A stretch of 64,000 bases of DNA from Octopus bimaculoides (taxonomy: Eukaryota). Shown piece after piece: positions 36,961 through 49,667 of the stretch (positions within the stretch are counted from its first letter, which is position 1; each line of letters starts with the position of its first letter). The notes beneath the pieces are model-generated. The model was given only the letters and a program-made list of their open reading frames with translations. It was not told where the DNA came from and ran no database searches. The translations under genes and the position numbers were made by a program. Location of the stretch: positions 86,037,480-86,101,479 of the forward strand of contig NC_068988.1 in the NCBI RefSeq assembly GCF_001194135.2, written 5' to 3'.

Positions 36961-38799
36961 TATATATATATATACATGTACGTTTTTTATTAATAATTTG
37001 CAAAAGTTACAGAGTAACTTATCAAGTGCCAATACATTAAACTCTCACTCCTTGAGTTACTCTATGGTTTATGTCAATTATTATTAAAAAACGCATGTGT
37101 ATGTATATATATATATATTTATGTGTGTGTATCTTTGTGTTTGCTCCCCACCACCACTTAACTGGTGTTGGTTTGTTTACATCCACATAATATAGTCGGT
37201 TAGCAAAAAGAGATTGTTAGAATGAGTATTAGGTTAAAAATATGTGCTGGGGCTCATTTGTTTGACTAAATCCTTCAAGGCAATGCTCCAGCATGACCAC
37301 AGTACAATGACTGGAACAAGTAAAAGATAAAAGATATACTTTAGGATGATGGCTGACAGAATCAAAAGAATCCCAGAGAAAATGTTTTGCAATATTTAGT
37401 TACAACCCTTCACCTTCCAAATTCCAAACCAGTTGGGTGCTGGCCATGTTGTTCTTTTTTCTACATTCCATGAAGTAATTACCAATCTGATTAATCAGAA
37501 CGTTTGACACTTTACCAATATTATAAATGAACCAATGTTTAAATATGACAGAGGTTTGGCTGAATCATTAGAGCATCTGACAAAATACCTTGTGATACTT
37601 GTTCTGACTCTTCACGTTCTGTTATCCCTTGATAAACTACCGGTCATATACTGTGGCCGCTGGTATCATCTAACTCCCTCCTCCTATCTTTATAATTACT
37701 GGTCTTGCATCCACATGTTTGAATGTGTTCAGGACATTTGGATGGTAGTTTTAACCTATTGCCTGGTTTAATACCACCATCTGGCACTTTGAGTGCCTTT
37801 AGCTGAGCCCATTCTGTTGCAAGCATTTAGGTCTACTTTCCAGTTTAATGATATCTATTCTCCTTCCTTCCTATCAGTCTCATAGGCCTTGTAAAAGTTC
37901 ATAGGCACTGCCTTCCCCACTGACTTAAAGGGGAAAAAAATACCAGTTTACAGTTGATCATAAATGTTTGTAAGACCAACATGTACATAACAGAGTTATG
38001 TACCTTGTTCAGAGAGATATCACGTTGGGTGTAATAAGAGGTGAACATATGGCTAAGTGTCTAGCCCATTAATCCCCACAGCTATTGTGGCTTATTGGTA
38101 AACAGTTAAAAGATAATCTAGTTTAAGGAATTTGTTCATATTTAAGTTAGTTCAAAATACATTTGCGTATTGACACATATTCAGGTACAAGCAATAGCAT
38201 AGCTAGAGTGTGTGCTGCCTGGGGTGGCCATTCCATTTGCCGCTCCTGGACCCCACAAAAAAAACATATTGCCTACCAGACCCATGAAAGTGCCCCCCAG
38301 CTACGCTAGTGGGCACAAGTATGGCTCTGTGGTTAAAAAGTTTGCTTCCCAGCCATATGGTTTTGGGTTCAGTCTTACTGCTTTGCACCTTGGACAAGTC
38401 TCCTCTACTTTAGCCCCAGGCCAACCAATAGCTTCTGAGTGGATTTTGTAGATGGAAATTGAAAGAAAGCCATCCTATATGTATATAAAGACCCACTTCA
38501 ATCATGAATGACTATGGGTTTGCACATAGAAAGTTACCCTCTGAGGCACAAGTCCAGGCAAGGTTATTTATGGAAGACCAGCAGTCGCCCATGCATACCA
38601 GCCTTCCCTCTCCATGCCACCGATGTTATCCAAGGGAAAGGCAAGGGCCAATAAATCTTGGCACTAGTGACACCTCAACTCATTTCTACAGCTGAGTGAA
38701 CTGGAACAACATGAAATGAAGTATCTTTGGTCGAAGACAAACGTGCAGCTGGGTCCAAGAATCGAATTCACTACCTCATGATTGTGAGCCTGATGCTCT

Positions 38800-39070
38800 G
38801 TGGAGGCACTTGACTTAGTAGTCAAGGTATTTGGCTCACAATCATAAGGTCAGGATTTCAATTCCTGGTGGTGTATTGTGTCCTCATGCAAAACACTCTG
38901 TTTCACATTGCTCCATTCTACTCAGCTAGCAAAAATGAGTAGTACCTGTATTTCAATGGGTATGCATATCTTTGGAGTACTCAGCCACTTGCACATTAGT
39001 TTCACAAGCAGGCTGTCCCATTGACTGGATCAAATGGAACCCTCATCATCATAACCAATGAAGTGCCAGT
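38800..39070 (+). mobile_element. SINE family B, CpG-decayed
   Basis: tgtggaggcacttgacttagtag...ttgctccattctactcagctagcaaaaatgagt...gaagtgccag. Confidence 0.75.
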
Positions 39071-39908
39071 AGTATATATATATATAGATAGATATGTGTA
39101 TGTATGTGAGAGAGAGTATGTATATGTTTGTGTCTCCTTGAAATCACATGGTAGCTATAAATAAATGTCACTATCATGCAGAAAGTGCCATTCATTTCTA
39201 ATATTCCGTGGAAACATGTCTAACCATGGAGAAATATTACCTTACTTGGAAACAGGTGTAGGTTGGTGACAGGAAAGGCATTTAACCATAGAAAATTCTA
39301 CCTCAATGAACTCCACCTGACCCTTGCAAGCAATGAAAAGTGGGCATTAGCATTACAATAGCATTGATCTTCTAATTTCTGCTTTTGTTTTAGGTTTTTA
39401 TTATTATTTTGTTTTTCTTTTGCAGATGAAATATTGTGACAGTGAACTAGAAAGATCTAAAAAAATGAAGATTGTTTTTTCTTTTTTTTATTTGATTCTA
39501 CTACACTCTTATTATTATTATCAGCAGCAGCACCACTGAAACCTGGGATTTTAGATTTGTGCTGAATGTGTTACTTCCCTTCAAGCTAACTTATGTTTGG
39601 TTGTTTCTCTGTGCATATTAAACAGCCTAAGACCATCCAAGTCGATAAGATGACAAACAAAAGTTGTTTTTTTAATACAGTATGCAGGCAAGATATTGCA
39701 ACTGAGAAATGCTAGTTGTGTCAAGGAAGTATAATAGGTTTTTAATTTATTGTAAAATATTTCAAATCTGAGATGATGTATTCATTTGGTTTCAGGTATT
39801 TGTTTTAATAAGAGCAAGAAAGTAAAACAGGCAACTTGCTGCTTTAGCGATCAAAATATCTGAGAAGTCCATTGAATAAAGTTTGTGTAATGTTCTAGAA
39901 CAAATTTG

Positions 39909-41651
39909 ATGGCCATCATGGAAGAAAATGTTAGTATTGAAGACAAAACTGATACAAAACCAATATTATGTGATGGAATAGTTTCAGCTCTTTCTGAGCC
40001 AAACCACTGTGCCAAAATCTTGTTTGATACTAATGATGTAAAACCAGACATTTGTAAAATATCATCCACTTCTCAAAGTTTCAAAGTGAAATCACATACT
40101 AAAGATCACCACAATAATCAGAAAGGTTTTTTTTGCAAGATATGTGATAAAAACTGTTCCACATCATCTGGACTCAAAATTCATTTAAGGAAACACACTG
40201 GTGAGAAGCCATTCCATTGCCTGATTTGTGAGAAAAGCTTTGCAACAAGTTTTGTTTTGAAGAAACACATTAGGACCCACACTGGAGAAAAACCATTCCA
40301 CTGTGAGGTATGCAGCAAAAACTTTTCCACACGATCAGGTCTCAAAGAACACCATAGAACTCATACAGGAGAAAGACCCTACCATTGTGATGTGTGTGGG
40401 AAAAACTTCTCACACCATTATACATTGAAAGTACATTTAAGTTCACACTCCGGGGAGAAACTATTTCAGTGTAATCTCTGTGGTAAAAGATTTTCAACTA
40501 ATTCCAAACTAAAGATGCATATTCGAATACACACGGGAGAGAAACCTTATTCCTGCAGTTTGTGTGGTCACGGTTTCTCTACTAATTCTAAGTTAAAGGT
40601 TCATGTAAGAATTCACACTGGAGAAAAACCATTCCAGTGTGAGATATGTGGCAGAAATGTTTCTACCAATTCTGAGTTGAAAAAACATGCAAGAATACAC
40701 ACTGGTGAGAAACCATTCCATTGTGAGGTATGCAGTAAAAATTTCTTATCCAGTTCTGAACTCAAAGTTCATACAAGAACTCATACTGGAGAAAAACCAT
40801 TCCATTGTGAAATATGTAGTAAAGATGTCTCCACCAGCTCAGGACTAAGGGAACATATGAAAACACATACAGGTGAGAAACCATTTCATTGTGATGTATG
40901 TGGTAAAAGTTTTTCTCAACGCTTTAAACTGAAATTGCACTCAGCTACACATACTGGTGAGAAATTCTTCCCTTGTAGTGTATGTGACAGAAAATTCTCA
41001 ACTAATTTTGATCTGAAAATGCATACAAGGATTCATACTGGCGAAAAGCCTTTTTGCTGTGAGGTGTGTGGTAAAGGCTTTTCAGCTAGGTATAAAGTGA
41101 AAGTACATTCTAGAATTCATACTGGAGAGAAACCATTCCATTGTGAAATCTGTGGTAAAAATGTTTCCACTAGTTCCGAACTGAAAGTACATATCAGGAG
41201 ACACACTGGAGAGAAGCCTTTCCATTGTGATATATGTGGTAAAGATTTTTCAATTAGTTCAGAACTAAAAGTACATAAGAGAACTCATAGTGGAGAAAAA
41301 CCGTTTATTTGTGAAATATGCACGAAAAGCTTTTCTACAAGTTGTGGCTTAAAGGTACATATCAGAACACATACAGGAGAAAGACCGTTTCATTGTGATA
41401 TCTGTAGTAAAGGTTTTTCCTTGTGTTCATATCTGAAAAAACATGTTAAAACCCATACCGGGGAAAAACCATTTCATTGTGATATTTGTGGTAAAAAATT
41501 CTCCTCAAACATTGGACTAAAGGGACATGCTAGACTTCACAGTGGAGAAAAACCTTTTTACTGTGATACATGTGACAAGAGGTTTTCTTATTATAATTCA
41601 TTACAGATACATATGAAGAGACATCGTAATGTTATTAACAATACTTCGTGA
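39909..41651 (+). CDS. Tandem C2H2 zinc-finger protein (18 fingers, TGEKP linkers, no recognisable effector domain)
   Basis: Uninterrupted ORF of ~580 aa; first ATG at 39909 after an in-frame TAA at 39888; 18 C-x2-C-x12-H-x3-H units; splice acceptor tttggtttcag ending at 39795. Confidence 0.95.
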   Translation: MAIMEENVSIEDKTDTKPILCDGIVSALSEPNHCAKILFDTNDVKPDICKISSTSQSFKVKSHTKDHHNNQKGFFCKICDKNCSTSSGLKIHLRKHTGEKPFHCLICEKSFATSFVLKKHIRTHTGEKPFHCEVCSKNFSTRSGLKEHHRTHTGERPYHCDVCGKNFSHHYTLKVHLSSHSGEKLFQCNLCGKRFSTNSKLKMHIRIHTGEKPYSCSLCGHGFSTNSKLKVHVRIHTGEKPFQCEICGRNVSTNSELKKHARIHTGEKPFHCEVCSKNFLSSSELKVHTRTHTGEKPFHCEICSKDVSTSSGLREHMKTHTGEKPFHCDVCGKSFSQRFKLKLHSATHTGEKFFPCSVCDRKFSTNFDLKMHTRIHTGEKPFCCEVCGKGFSARYKVKVHSRIHTGEKPFHCEICGKNVSTSSELKVHIRRHTGEKPFHCDICGKDFSISSELKVHKRTHSGEKPFICEICTKSFSTSCGLKVHIRTHTGERPFHCDICSKGFSLCSYLKKHVKTHTGEKPFHCDICGKKFSSNIGLKGHARLHSGEKPFYCDTCDKRFSYYNSLQIHMKRHRNVINNTS

Positions 41652-42840
41652 TTGTATCTGTTGTCTGTCTTGATTGATTTTTACAACAATCTTAATAGAA
41701 ATGTAGGAAAGAATGAAAATTTTTTTATTTAAATTAATATGATGACATTAACTTCCCTTTTATGGATCATGTTACTGTCTTATTGTTTTCATTGTATCTA
41801 CCTCATTTAGATCTTTGACCTATATTTTCTTGTATGTACCTCATTTTGTTGACTACTGGGTCACATTTCAAGTTAAGTAATACATGCATTAGTTACTAAG
41901 TGGTTCACCCTGTTACTGAAACAGTGAGCTGCACCAATTCATAGTACCTATTATAATTGTTGCTATGCAATTCCACTCTTTTCTATTATCCCAGTTAACT
42001 CTGCTTTAGGGCACATATACATATTTACATAACTTACAGCACAGTGGTAGCCTCGTATGTTTCACAATAATCTTTTCCAGACTTCTGCACATTTCTCTAC
42101 ACTAGAACCTTTCTATACACTTTGTCATATAGTGTGGTACCTCCTTTACAACTGGGGCTGTAAGACACTCCCCGCCTTATCTCATTTCAGCTAGATGGAC
42201 TGCACTTCCACATTGTACCTATTTACATTTAGGTTGACTGTACTTTCCTGTTGTACCTATTTAAAAGTCAGATGAACTGTAACTTTACGTGGTACCCCAT
42301 TTGCAGTTAAATGGACTGGGCCAGCTGAATTTCTTGAATTGTGGACTCAATACAGCACTGGTACTTGTATTTCTTCAATAGATGTCCTCCCTACTGAGCA
42401 TCCAAGGGGCAGAGTCTAGATCAGCTAGTTTTATTACATTCCAGCAATCAACATGAAGTCACCATTAATGAACTGTAGTCATGTATTCAGTTACCCACCA
42501 ACAACAAAGGCCTGCCATGGAACGTTGTATTCATGGCAGCATGGATGAAGACTTTTGTTGGAATGTTGACTTTAATGGACAATGACAATGAGTTGTGACT
42601 ACAAACAGTGTCGTGGAAGTGGGACAGGAACTAGACTATCTGCCCATGGGTCAAATGTTCAAATCTGCTGCAACCATTATGTTATGTTTCTTAGTAGAAA
42701 ATTATATTCTACATGACTTCAGTTGTTTGTCAGTAAGAATAGATACCACACCAGGTCAATCTGAGGAATGTTTCCTATGATAAACTGGTGTCCTAAGCAA
42801 AGGGAGACTTAGTCTTCATTCTCTACATAATGTTTCCGGA

Positions 42841-43000
42841 CATCATCATCATTTAATGTCTGTTTTCCATGCTGGCATGGGTTGGACTGTTTCACCAGAG
42901 CTCGCAACCTAGAGAGCTGCACTAGGTTCCAATCTGATTTGGCATGGTTTCTACTGCTGGATGCCCTTCCTAATGCCAGCCACTTTACAGTGTGTGGTGG
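42841..43000 (-). mobile_element. RTE 3' UTR fragment
   Basis: catcatcatcatttaatgtctgttttccatgctggcatggg...ggatgcccttcctaatgcc. Confidence 0.75.
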
Positions 43001-43558
43001 GTGCTACACTATACTCTACATCACTCTAGTTTCTCTGCTGTCCTAAATACTAAAGAATTTATCACTCCTTCCAGTTCATCTGGTGCCCTAACCACTGAGA
43101 GATCACTTCCCACCCACCCACTCCAATTCATTTGCTATTCTTACTCTTAAAAATTTATTACTCCTCTACTGCTAGTATCTGTTGACAGAACACTATGTTT
43201 TCTATTATTTCATTTATGTGTCAGTAGAAAACTGTGCCACCAGATCACCTGGGGAATGTTATTCCCCAGGTAAATCATCCTATGAATGATTTAGCTTTCA
43301 TTCATTTAACATACTAAAACAAGAGCTATGTACCAAGCATTCATTAAAATCTGATGAATACAGGTATGGACATGTGATATACAAATAGTGAGTCAAAAGA
43401 TACTCTCTGCTATCATGGAGGGCTCCCATAGAGAGAAAGACATGGTAGAATCAAATCTCAGAATGTTGAGCCTCTTGAATGAAATGGCAAAAGGTAAATG
43501 ACAGTATGTTATGTGGCAAACTTGTGCAATCCATACCAGCATTGAAACTGACTTTTAA

Positions 43559-43826
43559 CCTTTTAGCATTTAAAATAGACAGATCCAGCCAAATATTTTA
43601 CTTGTTTTATGTTCAAATCAACCAGAGCTGACCTCTCACACCAACCCTACGATGTCATTCTAAAAATAGTCAAATCGTCCAACCCATGCCAGCATGGAAA
43701 GCGGACGATAAATGATGATGATGATAATGACATTGGAATTTGAGGTTATGAGATAATGCATGGTTGTTCAAGACTATCTGAATAGATAAGCATTACACTT
43801 TACAGAGTAATCTAAATGCTAAAGAG
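43559..43826. mobile_element. piggyBac-type MITE carrying a short RTE-tail insertion
   Basis: TTAA on both sides (43555-43558, 43827-43830); TIR ccttttagcattta / taaatgctaaagag; RTE tail at ~43672-43727. Confidence 0.75.
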
Positions 43827-44633
43827 TTAAAACAATGATAAAATAGAAACATACCAGACTGAGGAAACAGATTTCTTAAAAATTGGTTTATGTTATTATT
43901 TTGTTTGTTCATTTGTTTTACATCCATTTTTCTATGCTGGCATGGGTAAGGCAAATATTTATTATTGGGGGATTATTCTACGACTGGATTCCTTTTCTAT
44001 CACTAACCCCTCTTAACATGACATGTTAACATCACCAATTTTGCTCAAATGGCTTCATGTGAAGATGCGGAATGTAAACAATCACACATGCACACACATG
44101 TATATACGTGTGTGTGTGAAATCTTTACACTTTTTTGAAATCTAGTGTCGCTCAATCTTTTTATTATTTTACAAATCATTCAAACAACCTACGTAATCTA
44201 TTAATGAACAAACCAGCAGGTAAATCATGTGCAGAACTGTTTCACATTCACAGAAAGGTGATTCCACATTATAACCACAATATAATTTAGTGCCTCTGAT
44301 TTGGCTAAATCCACTACAGAGTCAATTTTCAAGCATTCAGTTGATCAGTAAGAGAGTGTTTGATGGAATTCTTTAACAGTCTTTTAGACTTAACTCCAGA
44401 TTTTGAGATTAAATCATGGGAAAATCAACTTTGCCTTTTACATCACCTGAGTTTGAGGATATCCATACCAGTGATATACTGCAGTTGATTTAAGAAACCA
44501 AATCCTCTTCCCCAACTTCATGAAAAGATTTCAGTTCAACCGTTTATTTTGTACATCAATTTTTTTTTTCTATGAATACATAGTTTCCATGGTTTCATTT
44601 GTTGGGACATATACATTTATATAAATACAAAAA

Positions 44634-44785
44634 ATCATCCATATACATGTAAGATCATCTATGTACATGTGGAAGTCATCTATTTCTATGTGGGGTCTTC
44701 TATTTCTATGTGCAATCATCTATTTACATACAGGTGTCATCTATGTACATGACAAGTAATCTATATTTTGAGTCATCTATTTCTC
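44634..44785 (+). repeat. ~20-bp minisatellite (about 7 diverged units)
   Basis: Recurring tcatctat(g/t)tacatgtg-like unit. Confidence 0.7.
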
Positions 44786-45267
44786 AAAAACCTCATCTGT
44801 TTCTAAGCAAGGTAACATTTCCAGATAACCAGACATGTTTTCATACAAGATTAGAAGCAAAGGATACCACTTTTATGACAGTGACCACTCATTTGCAATT
44901 GTGTGTGTGTGTAGGTAACAAAAAACCCCACTATCTCAAACTACTAACATGATAAATAAATAGATGTAAAGCAGCGAAAAGAAATTATTTTAATGTCTAC
45001 TTGTGCATTGAACATTTTAATACCAATCATCATTTTTCTCAAATCCACTCTCCCATGCTTGCATGGCTCAAATGGAATTTATTGTAGCAAATTTTCTACA
45101 ACTGGATACCCTTCCTGTTTCCAAACAAAGTAATGTTTTCCCATGACTATTTTTGCAGATTAGTGGAAATGAATGACATTCATTTACAACAATCATGCAA
45201 TGTCAAGACAAGTAGAGACAAACATACACATATATGCATTTATATATATATATATATATATATATAG

Positions 45268-45630
45268 GTATGGCTGTATGTTTAGGAAGCCTGCTTCTCA
45301 ACCATGTGGTTTCAGGTTCAGTCTCACTGTGTGGTACCTTAGGCAAGCATCTTCTGCTATAACCTCGGGCTGACTGAAGCCTTGTAATTGAATTTGATAA
45401 GTGGAAGTTCCCATCATGTGTGTGTAAGTGTTTGTGCCTCCTAACAGATAGGAGGGAAAATATACACACACACTATAGGCTTCTTTCAGTTTCCAGCTAC
45501 CAAAACCACTCACAAGGCTTTAGTCAACTTGCAGCTATAATAGAACACACTTGCTCAAGGTGCTATGAAGTGAGACTGAGCCCAAAATCATGATTAGGAA
45601 GCACAATTCCTAACCACATAGTCATATCTG
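45268..45630. mobile_element. Convergent inverted pair of family-A SINE 5' halves
   Basis: Plus copy at ~45268-45410 and minus copy at ~45475-45630 cover the same head and core region. Confidence 0.7.
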
Positions 45631-45957
45631 AGCTTATTTTACATTTTAATAAATTTTAAATATTTAAACTGTCTTTAGTTTCAGGGGTTTGATTAACTTT
45701 CTTCTGTCCTTGCCTTCTATTTACATGATTACTAGTGGGGTGTACCAAACTGTCTTATGCCCAAAACAGAAAGATATGTACTTTTGATGACCAGGTAAAC
45801 TGAGGCACAATAGATTGAAATACTCTCTCAAATAACTCACTAAAACATCTACAGCAGATTTGAACTCATAAATTATCAATTACCAATCCAGCATATTATC
45901 CACCCCAATTATTTCATTTCTACATTTAAATATAGTATAAGAATAATGATAATGATG

Positions 45958-46815
45958 ATTTCAAATTTTGGTACAAGGCCAGCAATTTTGGGGAATGAGC
46001 TAAGTCAATTAAACTGACTCCAGTAGTCAACTGGTACTTATTTTATCAACTCCAAAAGGATGAAAGACAAGGTTGAACCCAGAACATAAAAATAGACGAA
46101 ATGCCACTAAACATTTTGTCTGACACTCTAACAATTCTTTCAGCTCATTGCTTTAATAATAATAATGATAATGTTTCAAATTTTTGGAACAAAACCAGCA
46201 GTTTTAGGGTTTGGGGTAATCAATTACATCAATCTCAATGCTTCACTGGTACTTCGACCCTGGTGGGATAAACAGCAAAGTTGACCGCTGCAGGATTTGA
46301 ATTCAGAATGAAAAAAGAGTTGGAACAAATAGTGTAAAGTATTTTTTTTTTCCCCAATACTCTCATGATTTTGCCAGTTTGCTACTCCAATAATAATAAT
46401 AGTAATTATTTCTAATATATGCATAAGGCCTGAAATTTTGGGAGAGGAAGTAGAGCCTAGTCAATTACTAAAAGATAAAGTTGACCTCAGCAAGTTTTAA
46501 ACTCAGTATATAAAGAGTTGGTACTATTACCATAAAGCATTTTTTGGACACTAATAATTCTGCCAGTTTGTCTCCTCAATAACATTAATCCTTTCTATTA
46601 TTGGCACAAGGCCTGAAATTTGGCAGGAGTTGGGGAGAGTTGATTACATTCACACACACACACACACACACACCCCGTGCTCAACTGGTACTTATTTAAT
46701 CAATCCTGAAACGAATAATAATTTTTTCTAATATAGCAGAAAGCCTGAAATTCTGTGGAAAGAGGATATTCAATTTCATTAACCCCAGTACCCAACTATT
46801 ATTCATTTTATTAAT
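45958..46815 (-). mobile_element. Stack of five same-orientation family-D SINE remnants separated by (AAT)n
   Basis: Recurrent ttt(c/g)aaattttgg.acaagg.c / aaggcctgaaatt starts at ~45958, 46172, 46405, 46590 and 46722. Confidence 0.75.
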
Positions 46816-48519
46816 CCTCAAAAAAGGAATAATAATAATAATTTACATTTCATGATGTGGATCCTGTCAAGCTTGAAGTGGTCTTAAAGATATTGCAATC
46901 TTTTGTACTTTGTATAAAAAGTTCTTTATGTTAAAAATAACTTCATTATTTATGTGACCAATCATACATAAATCAATCGTAGATGCTTATGTCTCACAAG
47001 TGTTTGCTGCTTAACAATAAAGGAAAAAAAATCATAAATCCACTATCATTTATTTTGTTGTAATTAAATGTTTTATTGTTTAATTATCTTAATGGTGGGT
47101 GTGTTCATTGTCAACACATTTAGTATGTTCAAACATCATTTAGCATCCCAGTTCACTGTTTTGTATGTATTGTCATCATTTAATGTCCATTTTCCATGCT
47201 GACATTGGTTGGGTGGACTGACAGGATCCAACAAGCCACAGGGATGTGCTGAATTCCAGTGTTAGGTTTGGCATGGTTACTACAGCTGAATATCCTCCCC
47301 GACACCAATCACTTTATAGTATGTATTTAGTGCTGTTTTCATGCCACTGGTACTAGCATGGTTGCCAGGTAACTTGCAAGATAAAGACAATAGAAAAGGA
47401 AAAAGCTTATGCTACTAAGTGTGTGTGTGGGGGAAGCACTTGATGCAACGAAGTGATTTTATGCCAAGTGTTGAAAGGCTAGAGTGTGATAGAGGGACAA
47501 GCACGGGTGTCTGGCTATCGAGGTGATTCTTGGATACCACTTATTATATAGGGGTGGATAGGAGTAGCTGGGGAGGAGATAAAAATAGTTGTGATGGAGT
47601 GCCAGTGCAAACACTCAAGATACAAGGTAAGTATAGGGATATGTACCACATTTTTGCTCTCATGTTTTTTATCATTAGAAATGACATTGATTCTGCAATC
47701 TACTGTGCAGGAAACCCATCAAAGAGAGCAATATAAATATGACCATCACCTGCAAGTGAGTATGATTTGATAATTATTCCTGCTATAGAGGAAACATAAC
47801 ATATGCAGCAACAAACATTAAGCAGTTTATCTCTGCTATACTGTGTATCAGATGATGAAGGCCACAACTGGTGACAAGATGTCAGATCCATTCCAAACGA
47901 TGCTAGTGTGAATCAGCATTTTTTAATGTCCTCCATGCTTGCGTAAGTCAGACAGAATTTGTTGAAGCAGATTCTCTATGGCTAGATACATATTCTGCCG
48001 TTATCCCTCATCTGTTTCCAATCAAGATATTACTTTCTAATGGCCAAACATATTTTCATAGAAGATTGGAAATGAAGAACATCACTTGTATGATGGTAAC
48101 TCTCACTGACAACTATCTATCAATACATATCCATTTATATACATATGTATATAAAGCAAGCTTCTTTCAGTTCTTGTCTACCAAATTTACTCATAAGGCT
48201 TTGGTTGGCCTGAGGCTATAGTAGAGGGCACTTGCTCAAGGTACCATGCAGTGGGACTGAACCTGGAACTATGTGATTGGGAAGCAAACTTCTTTAACAA
48301 CACAGTAATGCCCGTGAATATACTCTAGAGATGTAAAATGATGATGGTAGAATTCTGGGATCAAATAAAAGTCATACCAGTCATGTACTAGTGTAGATTC
48401 AATTGTCCATGTCTCCCATCCCTCTCTTAGAAACCATTACTATGTAAATGCTATCAGTAACATACTGGTTTCTAATTTCAGGACAATTTTAAGGGGAGGG
48501 GAATAATGAATACCATTGA

Positions 48520-48810
48520 TCATTGCCAGTGCCTCTGGACTGGCTCCTGTGCAGGTGGCACGTAAAATACATCATTTTGAGCGTGGCCGTTGCCAGTACC
48601 GCCTGACTGGCTTTCGTGTCGGTGGCATGTAAAAGCACCCACTACACTTTTGGAGTGGTTGGCGTTAGGAAGGGCATCCAGCTGTAGAAAATCTGCCAGA
48701 TCAGATTGGAGCCTGGTATAGCCATCTGGATCACCAGTCCTCAGTCAAATCGTCCAACCCATGCTAGCATGGAAAGCAGACGTTAAACGATGATGATGAT
48801 GATGATGATT
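48520..48810 (+). mobile_element. RTE 3' UTR fragment with (GAT)n tail
   Basis: Starts gatcattgccagtgcctctggactggctcctgtgcaggtggcac, matching the sequence right after the RTE stop at 63944; ends aaacgatgatgatg. Confidence 0.85.
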
Positions 48811-49667
48811 GACACTAGTACTTGACTGGTACTTTATTTTATCAACTCCTATGGAAAAGAAAGCAAAGTTAATCTTAGCAAGATTTAAACTCAGACTGTA
48901 TGGAGCCTGCAGAGAGACATTCTTTTCCAACGCTTGTTAAGGTTATCTCTACAGATTTTCTTAAGAAATTATAGCCAGCACTGATTTTATTACAACATTT
49001 CATATCTGAGATGCCTGATGTAAACAATAATGAGATCAAAGATGAAAATGGATAATGGGAGTATATGGATGTGTGTGTGTGTATATACATATGCATGCAT
49101 CCATACATACATACATATGCATATACATAGTGTAGCTTGAATGAAACATTTGTGATAGAGAAGTATTGTGAAATCTACAGTATGCACAGTTACCATGAAA
49201 GCACCAGAGCAGAACATCTGTAATTTGAGGATCAAGATGTCCATTCTTATTAGTAAACTGAACCCATCCATTAATAATAGATGAGAATTGTACAAAGCAG
49301 ACTGGTTGTTATGACAGTACCAGTCTGTGCATTCACACTCCATCTTCCATGTATTTGAATTAAGGATAGCAACTTGATATAATCCCTTATTTTCTCTTGA
49401 CAATCCTTCCTACAATAAACACAGGGCTTGAAATTTTGTGGAAGTGGCTAGTTAATTTCAGTGCTCAACTGGTATTTATTTTAATTATCCTCAAAATTGT
49501 TAAGAGTTGTTTCGACTGCCTTCTGTATTCTTTCTTTTATCTCAGATTTGCATTGTACTGGCTTTCAAACAATATTAACTATACATACGAACAGACAGAC
49601 AAACAACTAGATAGATATGTAGATATACAGACAGACAGATATACATATGTATGTATATATATATATA

